Under the pieces are notes generated by a model. It did not search any database. It saw nothing but the letters and a program-made list of their open reading frames with translations, and was not told where the DNA came from. Made by a program: the position numbers and the translations under genes. Shown here in pieces: positions 8,392 to 17,478 of a stretch of DNA of 45,310 nucleotides. Every line of letters begins with the position of its first letter. Positions within the stretch are counted from its first letter, which is position 1. The DNA is from Verrucomicrobiota bacterium (lineage in GTDB: Bacteria; Verrucomicrobiota; Verrucomicrobiia; Limisphaerales; CANJXF01). Where the stretch lies: the NCBI GenBank assembly GCA_038214755.1, contig JBBQRQ010000035.1:1-45310 (forward strand). Direction: 5' to 3'.

Positions 8392-10202
8392 ACCGCGACC
8401 TCCTCGTTGAAGCCGGCGAATTGCTGCGCGTGCAACCGATGATAAAAACCGCGCGCGGCGAGCAATTGATCGTGTGTGCCGGTCTCGACAATTCGACCCG
8501 CGTTCAACACGGCGATTTGATCGGCGCGACGAATCGTGGACAAGCGATGCGCGATGATGAACGTCGTGCGCCCGGCCATCAGGCGTTCGAGTGCTTCGAG
8601 CAACAGCGATTCCGTGTGCGCATCGAGCGCGGAAGTCGGTTCATCCAAAATCAACACCGGCGCGTTCTTCAGCAGCGCACGTGCGATGGCCAGTCGTTGA
8701 CGTTCGCCACCGGACAAACTCGCGCCGCGCTCGGCGATCACCGTGTCGTAACCTTCCGGCAGGCGGCGAATGAATTCGTCCGCGTTCGCATCGCGGGCCG
8801 CCGCGATGATTTCTTCGCGCGTTGCGTCGAGCCGTCCGTAGGCAATGTTCTCCGCCACGGTCGCGGGAAACAAAAACGTTTCCTGCAACAGCACGGCGAT
8901 CTGCAAACGCAAATTCGCGACGGACATTTCGCGCACGTCCATGCCGTCAATCGTCACGCGCCCGCGCCACGGATCGTAAAAACGCGGGATGAGCGAGACG
9001 AGCGTGCTCTTGCCCGCGCCGGTTGGTCCAACAAGCGCGACCGTTTCGCCGGGTTTCGCTTCGAGCGTCACGTCGCTCAACACCCGACGCTCCGGCTCGT
9101 AACCGAACGTGACGTTTTCAAATCGCACGGTTCGCCCCCGCTTCGCTGTCGTCGTCGCGGGAAGTGGTTTTGCTTTTTCGTCGTCGCGGACATCATCGAG
9201 CGGCGCGTCGAGAATTTCCAGCACGCGATCAATGCTCGCTTCCATCGGCTTGAGGTCGCCGTAAAGTTTAATGAGGCTCTCGGCCGTTCCCTGAAGCACG
9301 CGCAGATACGCGATGAACACGAGGAAACTGCCGAGCGAAAGTTTTCCCAGCAACACCTGTCGTCCACCAACGAAAATAATGACGCCCGTGCCCGCGATGG
9401 TGATCAGGCCCGTGACGAGTCCGTAAAAACTCATCAGCAACGTGCCGCGTTGCGAAAGCGTGACGGCGTCGGCGGCGAGATTTTGGTAGCGCTGCCAGTT
9501 ACGGCCTTCCGTGCCGAACGCTTGCACGACCGGAATCACCGACAGCGTTTGGTGAACGAAACTCATCAGCCGCGATTGCGCCTGGCGACCGAGATGCGTG
9601 CGTTGCTTAATTCGTTTGCCGAAGTAAAACGTCGCGCCGGTCATGAGCGGAACGGTGACGAGCGCAAATGCGGCGAGTTCCGCATGCAGGCGCAACGCGA
9701 CCGCGCCGATGGCGATGAGTGTCAAAATTTGTTGCGCCGGAGAAATCAGAACGCCGTCGGTCAATTTATAGACGCACCACGTATCGGTCGTGAGCCGGCT
9801 TAACGAATCGCCAACGGGATTTTTATGATGGAAGCGCAGCGGCAACCGTTGCAGATGGCGAAATAAATCCATTGCCAGATCGTGAACCATTCGCTGGCCG
9901 ATGACCGACCATGCGCGCGTCAAGCCCACGTCAATGAAACTGTTCAGCGCGAACAGACCGAGACTGCCGAGCGCGGCGGCGATGATCAAAACTTTTGGCG
10001 TGGGTTGCAGGGAAAATGAATCGAGCAAATCGCGCAGGGTAACCGGCAGGGCCTCGTCACCGAACGCGCAGTCCACGAGAATTTTCAGCGGCCACGGTTG
10101 CAGCACGACGACGAGCGAACTCACCACGGTGAAGACGCCGATGAACAGCAGCCCCGGCCATTGGCGCAGCGCATACGGAATTAATCGGCGATACTTTTGC
10201 AT
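8388..10202 (-). CDS. ABC exporter, fused permease/ATPase (paralogue of the neighbouring gene)
   Basis: GPTGAGKST, LSGGERQR, ILDEPTSALD. Start placed at ATG 10202 (MQKYRR), TAATG overlap with the GT4 stop. Confidence 0.95.
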   Translation of the reverse strand: MQKYRRLIPYALRQWPGLLFIGVFTVVSSLVVVLQPWPLKILVDCAFGDEALPVTLRDLLDSFSLQPTPKVLIIAAALGSLGLFALNSFIDVGLTRAWSVIGQRMVHDLAMDLFRHLQRLPLRFHHKNPVGDSLSRLTTDTWCVYKLTDGVLISPAQQILTLIAIGAVALRLHAELAAFALVTVPLMTGATFYFGKRIKQRTHLGRQAQSRLMSFVHQTLSVIPVVQAFGTEGRNWQRYQNLAADAVTLSQRGTLLMSFYGLVTGLITIAGTGVIIFVGGRQVLLGKLSLGSFLVFIAYLRVLQGTAESLIKLYGDLKPMEASIDRVLEILDAPLDDVRDDEKAKPLPATTTAKRGRTVRFENVTFGYEPERRVLSDVTLEAKPGETVALVGPTGAGKSTLVSLIPRFYDPWRGRVTIDGMDVREMSVANLRLQIAVLLQETFLFPATVAENIAYGRLDATREEIIAAARDANADEFIRRLPEGYDTVIAERGASLSGGERQRLAIARALLKNAPVLILDEPTSALDAHTESLLLEALERLMAGRTTFIIAHRLSTIRRADQIAVLNAGRIVETGTHDQLLAARGFYHRLHAQQFAGFNEEVAV

Positions 10203-11389
10203 TATTTGCTGCGACCGGCGTGTTCGGCGTAAAATGATTCGATGCGCTTCAGGCACACCTTGCTGTCCGCGTGTTCGAGCACGTAACGGCGCGCTCTCTC
10301 GCCCATGCCGGAGCGAAGTTTGTCATCGCTCAACAAACGGCGAAGCAATCCGGTCAACGCGCCGAGATCATCGGCGGGCGTGAGCAAACCGGTTTGCTCC
10401 GGCGCAATCACCTCGGCAGCGCCACTGCCCGCGCAGGCGATGACCGGAAGGCCGCACGCCATCGCTTCAAGGTAAACAAACCCGGGACCGCCTTCATATT
10501 CGGACGGCGCGGCGAAAATGTGCGCCCGCGAAAAATTTTCAGGCAGTTGCGTTCGCTCGACAAAGCCGGGCAGGTCGAGCAGATCAGGAAAACCCGCCGA
10601 GTGCGCGAGACAGCGCAATTCTTCCACGACTTTGGATTCACCGCGCCCGAGCAAACGCACATGTAATTCAGGAAATTCCCGCGCCAATTTACACACCGCT
10701 TCGACGAGCAGATGAACCCCTTTGTTGCGCGCCAATTTTCCGGCGAAAATAATTGTGGGACGTTTGGCTTTGGTGACAGGGCGAGGAGAAAAGAGTTCGG
10801 TATCGACGCCCGTGTGGAGAACAGGAATCGCGTCGCGCGGAACGCCGTAATGTTTCGCGCACCAGTCCGCCGAACATTGGCTCGACGAGAACACGGCGTC
10901 GGCGAGACGAACGCACGTTCCTTCCATCGCGGTTCCGGTGCGGAAAAATTCTGAATCCATTTCCGGCCAGCCCATCGTGTGAGCGAACATCACGAGCGGG
11001 CCGTGCAAATGGACGACGCTCGGGATGCGATTCCACTCGGTTTGGTTGAGCAAATGCACGTAACCTTCCGCGCCCCACTCTGGGAAATCAATTAAGTCGA
11101 AAGGTGTCTTCCCGTGTAGTGACGCCACCGCCGCCGCGACTTCCGCGCTGTAGCTCAACCAATCGGCGGCTTCGGTGTAAACGGTCATGCGCGATTCGAA
11201 TCCGGGAATGCGCGTGACGTGAACGCCGTTGTCGTCGCGTTCGGTGCGTTCGGCGTTTGGGCTGCGCGAAATGACGTGGACTTCGTTACCCAGTTTCGCG
11301 AGACCGTGGGCTTTGAGAAACGTCTGCGTGCCGATTCCGCCTTTGGCCGTTTCAGGCGGATATTCCTGGGAGACGAGGGCGATCCTCAT
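10202..11389 (-). CDS. GT4 (GT-B) glycosyltransferase
   Basis: MRIALVSQEYPP..GGIG, NKG and EGGPGFVYLEAMACG (EX7E-type) motifs. Confidence 0.92.
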   Translation of the reverse strand: MRIALVSQEYPPETAKGGIGTQTFLKAHGLAKLGNEVHVISRSPNAERTERDDNGVHVTRIPGFESRMTVYTEAADWLSYSAEVAAAVASLHGKTPFDLIDFPEWGAEGYVHLLNQTEWNRIPSVVHLHGPLVMFAHTMGWPEMDSEFFRTGTAMEGTCVRLADAVFSSSQCSADWCAKHYGVPRDAIPVLHTGVDTELFSPRPVTKAKRPTIIFAGKLARNKGVHLLVEAVCKLAREFPELHVRLLGRGESKVVEELRCLAHSAGFPDLLDLPGFVERTQLPENFSRAHIFAAPSEYEGGPGFVYLEAMACGLPVIACAGSGAAEVIAPEQTGLLTPADDLGALTGLLRRLLSDDKLRSGMGERARRYVLEHADSKVCLKRIESFYAEHAGRSK

Positions 11390-11399
11390 ACGGGCGATC

Positions 11400-13946
11400 T
11401 CATTTTTTTTCCTCGAGTCCGCGTTTCAACGCACGGTCAATCGCTGCCATCGCGCAAGACGTTTCAAACAACATTCGCCCCAGGAACATCAGGACGAGGA
11501 CGGCGAGAACGTCGTAGGCCAACCAGAATTGATCCAACGCCGCGCCCAACGCCAACGCAGTGAGGACGAGAACGGTGATGACTCCCTCGACGTTAAATAT
11601 CGGCCAGAGGCGAAAGCGAAACAGTTGTTTGCCCGCGCCGTGTTCCTCCACCGTCATGAACAACCGCGCCGCGCCGAGGACTCCGCCGCGAACCTCCAAA
11701 TCCCATCGGTCGTAGTCGCTGCCGAGTAGAAGGATCGCGCCGTCGTTGCGCAGCGCGCGGACGAAAAGTTCCAGCGCCTGGTCGGGCGCACGCCACGTCT
11801 CGGACCAGATCACCGGATTTTTTGGCAACGGCACAATCAGCGCATGCGGCACGGTTTGGCGCAGCGCCGTCAGCCCGTGGCGCGCCCGCCCCCAGAGCCG
11901 CGCCAGCGGTTGCATGAGATGCAGGAACGCGGTGAGCGAATAAAGTTTTGCGCGTTTCATTCGCGAGTTTGGCGAGCTGGGAAACGATGCCTCCGCCGAA
12001 CTTAAAATGGCCTGCCATACCGTGGCCCCCGCCGCCAGTGCGAGCAACGGGATGATGAAAACCAGTTTCGGCCAGAGGAGCGTCAGCGCGGAAAGCCCCC
12101 CCAGCGCGATGATGACCAGATACCATTCCGGCATGGTGGGCAACACCGAGAGCAACGTCGGTGGGAATTCCCGGAGCGTTTGAAACGGCGCACTTCCCCA
12201 TGGACCGTGGTAAACGTGCTGCCGGTTGAACAACATCCGCGTCAACCCGCTGCCGTAGAGCCGTCCCAACCATTGGATATGACCGATGGAGTTGTATTTC
12301 TCCGGCCATTTGCGTTCGAGCAGCGCCTCAGCTTTGCCATAACCCTGCTGTTGCCGCAAATAGGCGGAGACTGAATTGCGGCAATGATGCCAGACAACGG
12401 CCGCGTGGCTGAAACCAATCGTCCATCCGTGTTGATGAATTCGCCAGCACACATCCACGTCGTCGCCCGCCACGCGGAAAGTCGGGTCGAATCCGCCAAT
12501 GGTCTGCAAACACCTTTTGCGAAACGCCATATTGCAACCGGGAATGTGCTCGGCTTCGGTGTCCGACAACAAGACTTGCACTGGGCCGCCGGGCGCGTTG
12601 ACCACACATTCGGCTATGTCCCCGTCGCCAGGAGGCGCGAGGTTTGGTCCGCCAACGGCCGCGTGTTTGGTGCGGTGGAAAGTTGCGGCGAGATAGGTCA
12701 GCCAGTGCGGATCCGGGTAAGCGTCATCGTCGAGATAAACGACAATTTCGCCGTCGGCTGCTTCCATGCCGGTGTTGCGCGCGGAACTCAAGCCGCGATT
12801 GTTGGTGGAGATGAGCCGCACCCCGGCATCGAGCGCGATGGCGGCGCAATCATCCCGCGAGCCATCGTCCACCAGGATGATTTCGTAGTTTGGGTAATCG
12901 ATTTTTTGGACGTGGCTAAAAGTTTCACGCAACGTGCGCGAACCATTGTAGGTGCAGATGATGACGGAAATACGCGGCCACAATTCGTTTTTTGCGAACG
13001 GCGTTTCGGTGAACGCCGCTCGCATGGTAGCGAGCGCGGGCTTGGGTTGGCGGTCGCGGGTCACGAGTCCAAAATCCCAATCCTCTATGTCGAAGCCGCC
13101 GCGATACCACTCGTCTGTCCACGCGAAAACAAACGCGCCGCAACAGCCGGCGGCGAAGGTTGCGCGAATCTGCCAGTCGAGGGTTTGCGCTTGTTGATCG
13201 AGGCCATTGCGCCGGCTGTCCAGGCCAATTTCCGCCATGAGCAAAGGGCGGTTCCCCGCGAGATTTTGCAAGCGGGCAAGATAGACTTCGAGAGTTTGCT
13301 TGGCTTCGAGATAAACATTGAAACAAAAAATGTCCACGAACGGCAGGGAAAGGTATTCGGTCGAAGGATAATTGACGTAGGTGACGAGGCCTTGCGGGTC
13401 TTCGTCCTTGGCCGCGCGATAAAGTTTTTTTAGAAATTTTTCGATCTTGCGCCGTCCGTGCCAGCGCACGATGGGCGAGGGAATTTCGTTGCCGATGGAA
13501 TAACAAAGCACCGCTGGATGAGCCGCGCACGCGCGCACTCCTTCGCGCACCCGTTCCTCGATGGAACGCGCGCACTTTGCCTCGGAAAGAAAGGTGATGT
13601 GTTGCTCCCACGGCAAACCGACCATGACGAACAGCCCGAACTTTTGCGCGGTGTCGAGCAGCCAGAGTGGCGGCACGGTGTAGGTGCGAATGGCGTTGAT
13701 GCCGTTGGCGGTCATGAGCGCGAAATCGTGCTCGACAATTTCGCAACGGGGGAATTGATCCCCGTCCGCGTCCGGACGGAATGTCCCGTAAGTCACGCCG
13801 CGCACATAAAGTTTTTTTTTGCCGACGAAGATGAATTTGCCCCGGACGACAGGACGGGCGGGAGTTTGTTTCACCGGACAAGAGGCAAAACCCGACGGAC
13901 GTTCCGTGGGCGCATTCGCAAGCGGAGATTGGATGTATTTATTCAA
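11400..13946 (-). CDS. Fusion of a clan GH-A (GH2-like) TIM barrel, a GT2 domain and C-terminal TM helices
   Basis: N-part: GINAIRTY, IGNEI (acid/base), MAEIG (nucleophile), FAWTDEW. C-part: DDGS, ARNTG, YLDDDAY, GCNMAFR, GGFD, GDDVD. Hydrophobic helices at the C-terminus. Confidence 0.85.
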   Translation of the reverse strand: MNKYIQSPLANAPTERPSGFASCPVKQTPARPVVRGKFIFVGKKKLYVRGVTYGTFRPDADGDQFPRCEIVEHDFALMTANGINAIRTYTVPPLWLLDTAQKFGLFVMVGLPWEQHITFLSEAKCARSIEERVREGVRACAAHPAVLCYSIGNEIPSPIVRWHGRRKIEKFLKKLYRAAKDEDPQGLVTYVNYPSTEYLSLPFVDIFCFNVYLEAKQTLEVYLARLQNLAGNRPLLMAEIGLDSRRNGLDQQAQTLDWQIRATFAAGCCGAFVFAWTDEWYRGGFDIEDWDFGLVTRDRQPKPALATMRAAFTETPFAKNELWPRISVIICTYNGSRTLRETFSHVQKIDYPNYEIILVDDGSRDDCAAIALDAGVRLISTNNRGLSSARNTGMEAADGEIVVYLDDDAYPDPHWLTYLAATFHRTKHAAVGGPNLAPPGDGDIAECVVNAPGGPVQVLLSDTEAEHIPGCNMAFRKRCLQTIGGFDPTFRVAGDDVDVCWRIHQHGWTIGFSHAAVVWHHCRNSVSAYLRQQQGYGKAEALLERKWPEKYNSIGHIQWLGRLYGSGLTRMLFNRQHVYHGPWGSAPFQTLREFPPTLLSVLPTMPEWYLVIIALGGLSALTLLWPKLVFIIPLLALAAGATVWQAILSSAEASFPSSPNSRMKRAKLYSLTAFLHLMQPLARLWGRARHGLTALRQTVPHALIVPLPKNPVIWSETWRAPDQALELFVRALRNDGAILLLGSDYDRWDLEVRGGVLGAARLFMTVEEHGAGKQLFRFRLWPIFNVEGVITVLVLTALALGAALDQFWLAYDVLAVLVLMFLGRMLFETSCAMAAIDRALKRGLEEKK

Positions 13947-14089
13947 AAAGGCAGTTGGAATATTCTCGTCTGCTGTTGCGGAAGGTAGCAGAAGCGAATG
14001 TGCTGAAAAAGATATTTGCTTGAAGGAACTCTTTCGGCGCGGTGGCGAATTTAAAAAATTCCTGTATCCCGGATGGTGGAAAGTGAAGT

Positions 14090-14163
14090 TGGAGCGGGTG
14101 AAGGGAATCGAACCCTCGTCTCAGCCTTGGGAAGGCCACATTCTACCATTGAACCACACCCGC
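14090..14163 (-). tRNA. tRNA-Gly (anticodon CCC)
   Basis: Reverse complement GCGGGTG TG GTTCAATGGTAGAAT G TGGCC TTCCCAA GGCTG AGAC GAGGG TTCGATT CCCTT CACCCGC TCCA folds as a cloverleaf with encoded CCA. Confidence 0.97.
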
Positions 14164-14218
14164 AAGTCGCCCGCGCAGTTTCTAGCAGTCGCGTCGGCCT
14201 ACCGCAAGCACTTGCTGT

Positions 14219-14473
14219 TTGAAACGTGAATCGTTGAAACGTGAATCGTGAAATCTATATCGGTTGCCAAAATAAATTTCTGGAGAGGAACGCCGATTTC
14301 CCAATCGGCACGGCCCGAACGTTGGAGAGTCACGAGCCGAACCGGAGTTCGGCGTTCCGTTCGCAGGATGTCTTTCCGGAAATTTATTTTGGCAATCAGT
14401 CTAAATCGTTAAATCATTATGAAGGGTTTTTCTGATTCACGATTCACGATTCACGATTCAACGATTCAACGAT
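14219..14473. repeat. Three-layer nested palindromic repeat
   Basis: TGAATCG-type array 14219-14252 and GATTCAC array 14434-14473; inverted repeat 14262-14280/14379-14397; REP-like pair 14287-14358. Confidence 0.8.
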
Positions 14474-15243
14474 CGCAGAAAATAATTCGCCTCGCCACTT
14501 TGGTTGGAATTCGGATTGGCAAAAGTTTCGCAAAAACATAACCGAGCTTGTTTAGAAAACCCGGGAACGATTCGTTTTCTTTTCATCAAACCTTCGTAAC
14601 CCGCTTCGGCCACTTGGCGGGCGCTCATCATCCAAAAACGCAGCGCCTTTTCGGAATGCATTCTTCCAGCGCGTTTTTGAAAAGCCGTCTCGGTCGGGCC
14701 GGGACAAAGTGTGGTTACAGTGACGCCGGTGCCTTCGAGTTCGTCGGCCAGCGCGTAGGAAAAAGAAAAAACAAACGCTTTGGTCGCGTAATAAATCGAC
14801 ATGAATGGCCCCGGTTGAAAAGCCGCAGTGGACGCGACGTTGAGAATTTTTCCTTCGCGCCGCGCCAGCATTGGCTGGACGAACAAATGAGTGAGTTGAA
14901 CGAGCGATGCCACATTGACTTCGACCATCTCCGTATGAACCGACAAGGAGGTTTCGGAAAAAGATTGCTGCCGTCCAAAGCCGGCATTGTTCACGAGAAC
15001 CGAAACAAAAATTTTATGCGCCTGAACTTCGGCAAAAATTTCCGCCGCCGCGTTTTTCTCCCATAAATCTTTGGCGATGAGTTTTATTTTGCTCGGAGCC
15101 GCGCCGGATTGCATCGCCGCCTGTTGCAGCCGCGCATTATCCCGCGCGACGAGAATGAGCGAAAAGTTTTTTGCCGCGAAAATTTTAGCCAACTCCAAAC
15201 CAATTCCGGAAGAGCCGCCGGTGATGAGAACCCATTTTTCCAT
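14458..15243 (-). CDS. Short-chain dehydrogenase/reductase (DltE-like), probable frameshift near the C-terminus
   Basis: TGGSSGIG, NNAG, YYATK and CPGPT motifs. Confidence 0.9.
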   Translation of the reverse strand: MEKWVLITGGSSGIGLELAKIFAAKNFSLILVARDNARLQQAAMQSGAAPSKIKLIAKDLWEKNAAAEIFAEVQAHKIFVSVLVNNAGFGRQQSFSETSLSVHTEMVEVNVASLVQLTHLFVQPMLARREGKILNVASTAAFQPGPFMSIYYATKAFVFSFSYALADELEGTGVTVTTLCPGPTETAFQKRAGRMHSEKALRFWMMSARQVAEAGYEGLMKRKRIVPGFSKQARLCFCETFANPNSNQSGEANYFLRSLNR

Positions 15244-15299
15244 TCCGGCAACTTAGCACGATTAAACTTTATCGGCGCGCTCTGGAAACGTCCGGCTTT

Positions 15300-15675
15300 G
15301 AAATGCCGGCAATCAGTGTTGAAAAAATATTCGGTTGGGAAACTGTCACAGGCCGCCGCTGTAAATTTGTCCGCAGAACGACTTGGCGAACTTCAACGTT
15401 TTGACGCGCCAAGTTGCTCGACGGTTTATTTGGACAAGCCGAGGCGCAACCACCGGCGGCGTTGGAATTCGCTGGTCGCGTCTCGTGCCTTGCTGCCATT
15501 GCGGATGCGGTTCGTGCGAAGCTCAATCCAAACCCCGCGAACATTTCCGAAGTGATGGGCGGCATCGGCAAGTTGCTCAACGCGTCGATCACTGGCGTTG
15601 ACATGCCTGCAAAACCGGCGGGGATAATTGATCTGTCAAAAATAGATTTTGAAGCATTGGGCCAACGATTTAAAT
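15300..15675 (+). pseudogene. hsdR: Internally deleted type I restriction subunit R remnant
   Basis: Segments in different frames: EMPAI..GWETV (15300-15347), FDAPSCSTVYLDKPxRNH (15400-15453), ANISEVMGGIGKLLNASITG...IDLSKIDFEALGQRFK (to ~15675). Confidence 0.72.
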
Positions 15676-17295
15676 TCCGCCGCTGGAAATTCCGCGAGCC
15701 GTTCCGCTTTTCCCGTCGAACGTGGCCGCGCTGACGTAGGCGCTGAAGGCGTTGGAAACTTTGTAACCGATTTTTTTCAGAAACGCTTCTTCCTCGGGCG
15801 AATGTCCTTTTTCCAAACCAAGTTTTAGTCCGCCGGTGGTTCCCAAGCGCGGAACGTTCATCGCCTTAACCATCGAAGCGCCGAGGCCGACGAAGTTTAT
15901 CAGGACTTCATAAATGCTGTTGGGGATGCGCGTGCCGCCTGCTGCGCCGAGGACAAGGATTGGTTTTCCGTGTTGCGTGACGACAGTCGGACACATGTTA
16001 TTGACCGCGCGCTTGCCGGGACCGGGCGAATTCGCATGGCCGGGGCGTGGATCGAATCGCCACATACCGTGCCCGAGAACCATCCCAAATTCCTCCACGG
16101 AAACGCGCGCGCCATAACTGCCGCCGTGCGTCAACGTGATCGCAATCATATTTCCATGGCGATCCGCCGCGGTGATGTTCATCGTTCCTTCGTCTTCCGT
16201 TGAATCGATTCTTAGCGCGACGGGTTGTTGCGTTTTCAATGCGGTCCGAACTTTTTCGGCCATCGCGGAAACATGATTCGATGAAAGAAGTTTTTCCATC
16301 GGCACGTCGATCTTTTCGGGATCACCAAAATATTCGAGGCGATCCGCCCAGCCGATGCGCATGGCTTCAAGTTTCGCGTGGAGACGTTGGAGCGCGGGAA
16401 GTTTTTTCCAATCGAGCGCTTTCAAAATGGAAATCGATTCGAGGAACATCACTCCGGGCGCGGTCAATGGCGCGGTGTGAATCGTCATTCCGTTCCAATC
16501 CAATTTGAGGGGCGCCACTTCGCGGGCGTGATACGTGGCCAAATCTGCAAACGTGACCAGGCCGCCGTTTTTCTGGAAGGCGTCGGCGATTTTGCGGGCG
16601 ATGTCTCCGCGATAAAATGAGTCGGCGGAATTTCGCGCGGCCAAAGTTTTCAACAATTTTGCCAGCGCGAGATTGCGTTTTTTCTCCGGGACGACGTTTT
16701 CAGTTTGCGCGGAATCGGGACGCGGGTCGTTGCGCGAGGCGTCATCGATGCCTTTGATCGGGACGAGGTAAACGCCTTCTTCGCACATCTGAATCGCCGG
16801 CGCGAGAACGTCACGCAAGGAGCGAGTGCCGTAGCGTTCCAAAGTGAGTTGCAGACCGGCCAGCGTTCCGGGCACAGCGGCGGCGAGCCAGCCGATGGCG
16901 TTGAGTTTATTTTTGACGCGGCCTTTTTCGTCGAGCGGAAACATGTCCTCGCGCGCGGCAGCAGGCGCGACGGAATTGAAATCGATGGCGGTAATTTTTT
17001 TCCCGCCAGCCAAAGCGATGATGGCGTGGCCGCCGTATCCGCCGACCCCGCATTTGCTGGGCGAAACGATTCCTCCCGCGAAAGCCGCAGCGACTGCGGC
17101 GTCGATGGCGTTCCCGCCATTCTTTAAAAAATCTTCGCCAACTTTTGCGGCGACGGGATCGCCCACGACGACGCCAAATGGGTTGGAAGAATTTTCCGTT
17201 TTGGCAAAACAAAACTCTGGAGCGAGCGCGAGCGCGGTTCCGAGTCCGCCCGTCAGACGCAACATTTCCCTGCGGCTATAATTTTTTTGGGCCAT
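15670..17295 (-). CDS. Tat-exported gamma-glutamyltransferase-family Ntn hydrolase
   Basis: SRREML Tat motif, GGNAIDAAVA, VPG, FYRG, catalytic Thr in GTMNITAAD, PGPGKR. Confidence 0.88.
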   Translation of the reverse strand: MAQKNYSRREMLRLTGGLGTALALAPEFCFAKTENSSNPFGVVVGDPVAAKVGEDFLKNGGNAIDAAVAAAFAGGIVSPSKCGVGGYGGHAIIALAGGKKITAIDFNSVAPAAAREDMFPLDEKGRVKNKLNAIGWLAAAVPGTLAGLQLTLERYGTRSLRDVLAPAIQMCEEGVYLVPIKGIDDASRNDPRPDSAQTENVVPEKKRNLALAKLLKTLAARNSADSFYRGDIARKIADAFQKNGGLVTFADLATYHAREVAPLKLDWNGMTIHTAPLTAPGVMFLESISILKALDWKKLPALQRLHAKLEAMRIGWADRLEYFGDPEKIDVPMEKLLSSNHVSAMAEKVRTALKTQQPVALRIDSTEDEGTMNITAADRHGNMIAITLTHGGSYGARVSVEEFGMVLGHGMWRFDPRPGHANSPGPGKRAVNNMCPTVVTQHGKPILVLGAAGGTRIPNSIYEVLINFVGLGASMVKAMNVPRLGTTGGLKLGLEKGHSPEEEAFLKKIGYKVSNAFSAYVSAATFDGKSGTARGISSGGI

Positions 17296-17357
17296 GAGCG
17301 AATGCTAAAAGATTTGTCCGTCCCGTTTCAACCCTCCACATCTTACCGCGAGCGAGG

Positions 17358-17457
17358 TAGTGGGGCAGACATCCTGTCTGCCACTTGGCTTCCAGCCCCA
17401 GAACCACGATTCGCGGGCAGGATGCCCGCTGTGACAGGCTGGAAGCCTGCCCCACTA
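17358..17457. repeat. GTAG-type REP-like palindromic element
   Basis: TAGTGGGGCAG...CTGCCCCACTA termini with internal hairpins GCAGACATCCTGTCTGC, GCGGGCAGGATGCCCGC and CAGGCTGGAAGCCTG. Confidence 0.8.
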
Positions 17458-17478
17458 TTTTGTCTCGCGTAGCATTGT

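Noticed and set aside
5629..13433. Long plus-strand ORFs (5629..7131, 8421..9803, 12384..13433)
   Set aside because: Antisense shadows of well-supported genes in GC-rich DNA; no recognisable motifs.
15253..15280. TTAGCAC resembling a CIRCE half-site
   Set aside because: No GAGTGCTAA second half, and it is not upstream of a chaperone gene.
15414..15734. 106-aa ORF as an intact gene
   Set aside because: Better explained as one fragment of the hsdR remnant; it overlaps the GGT-family gene end.
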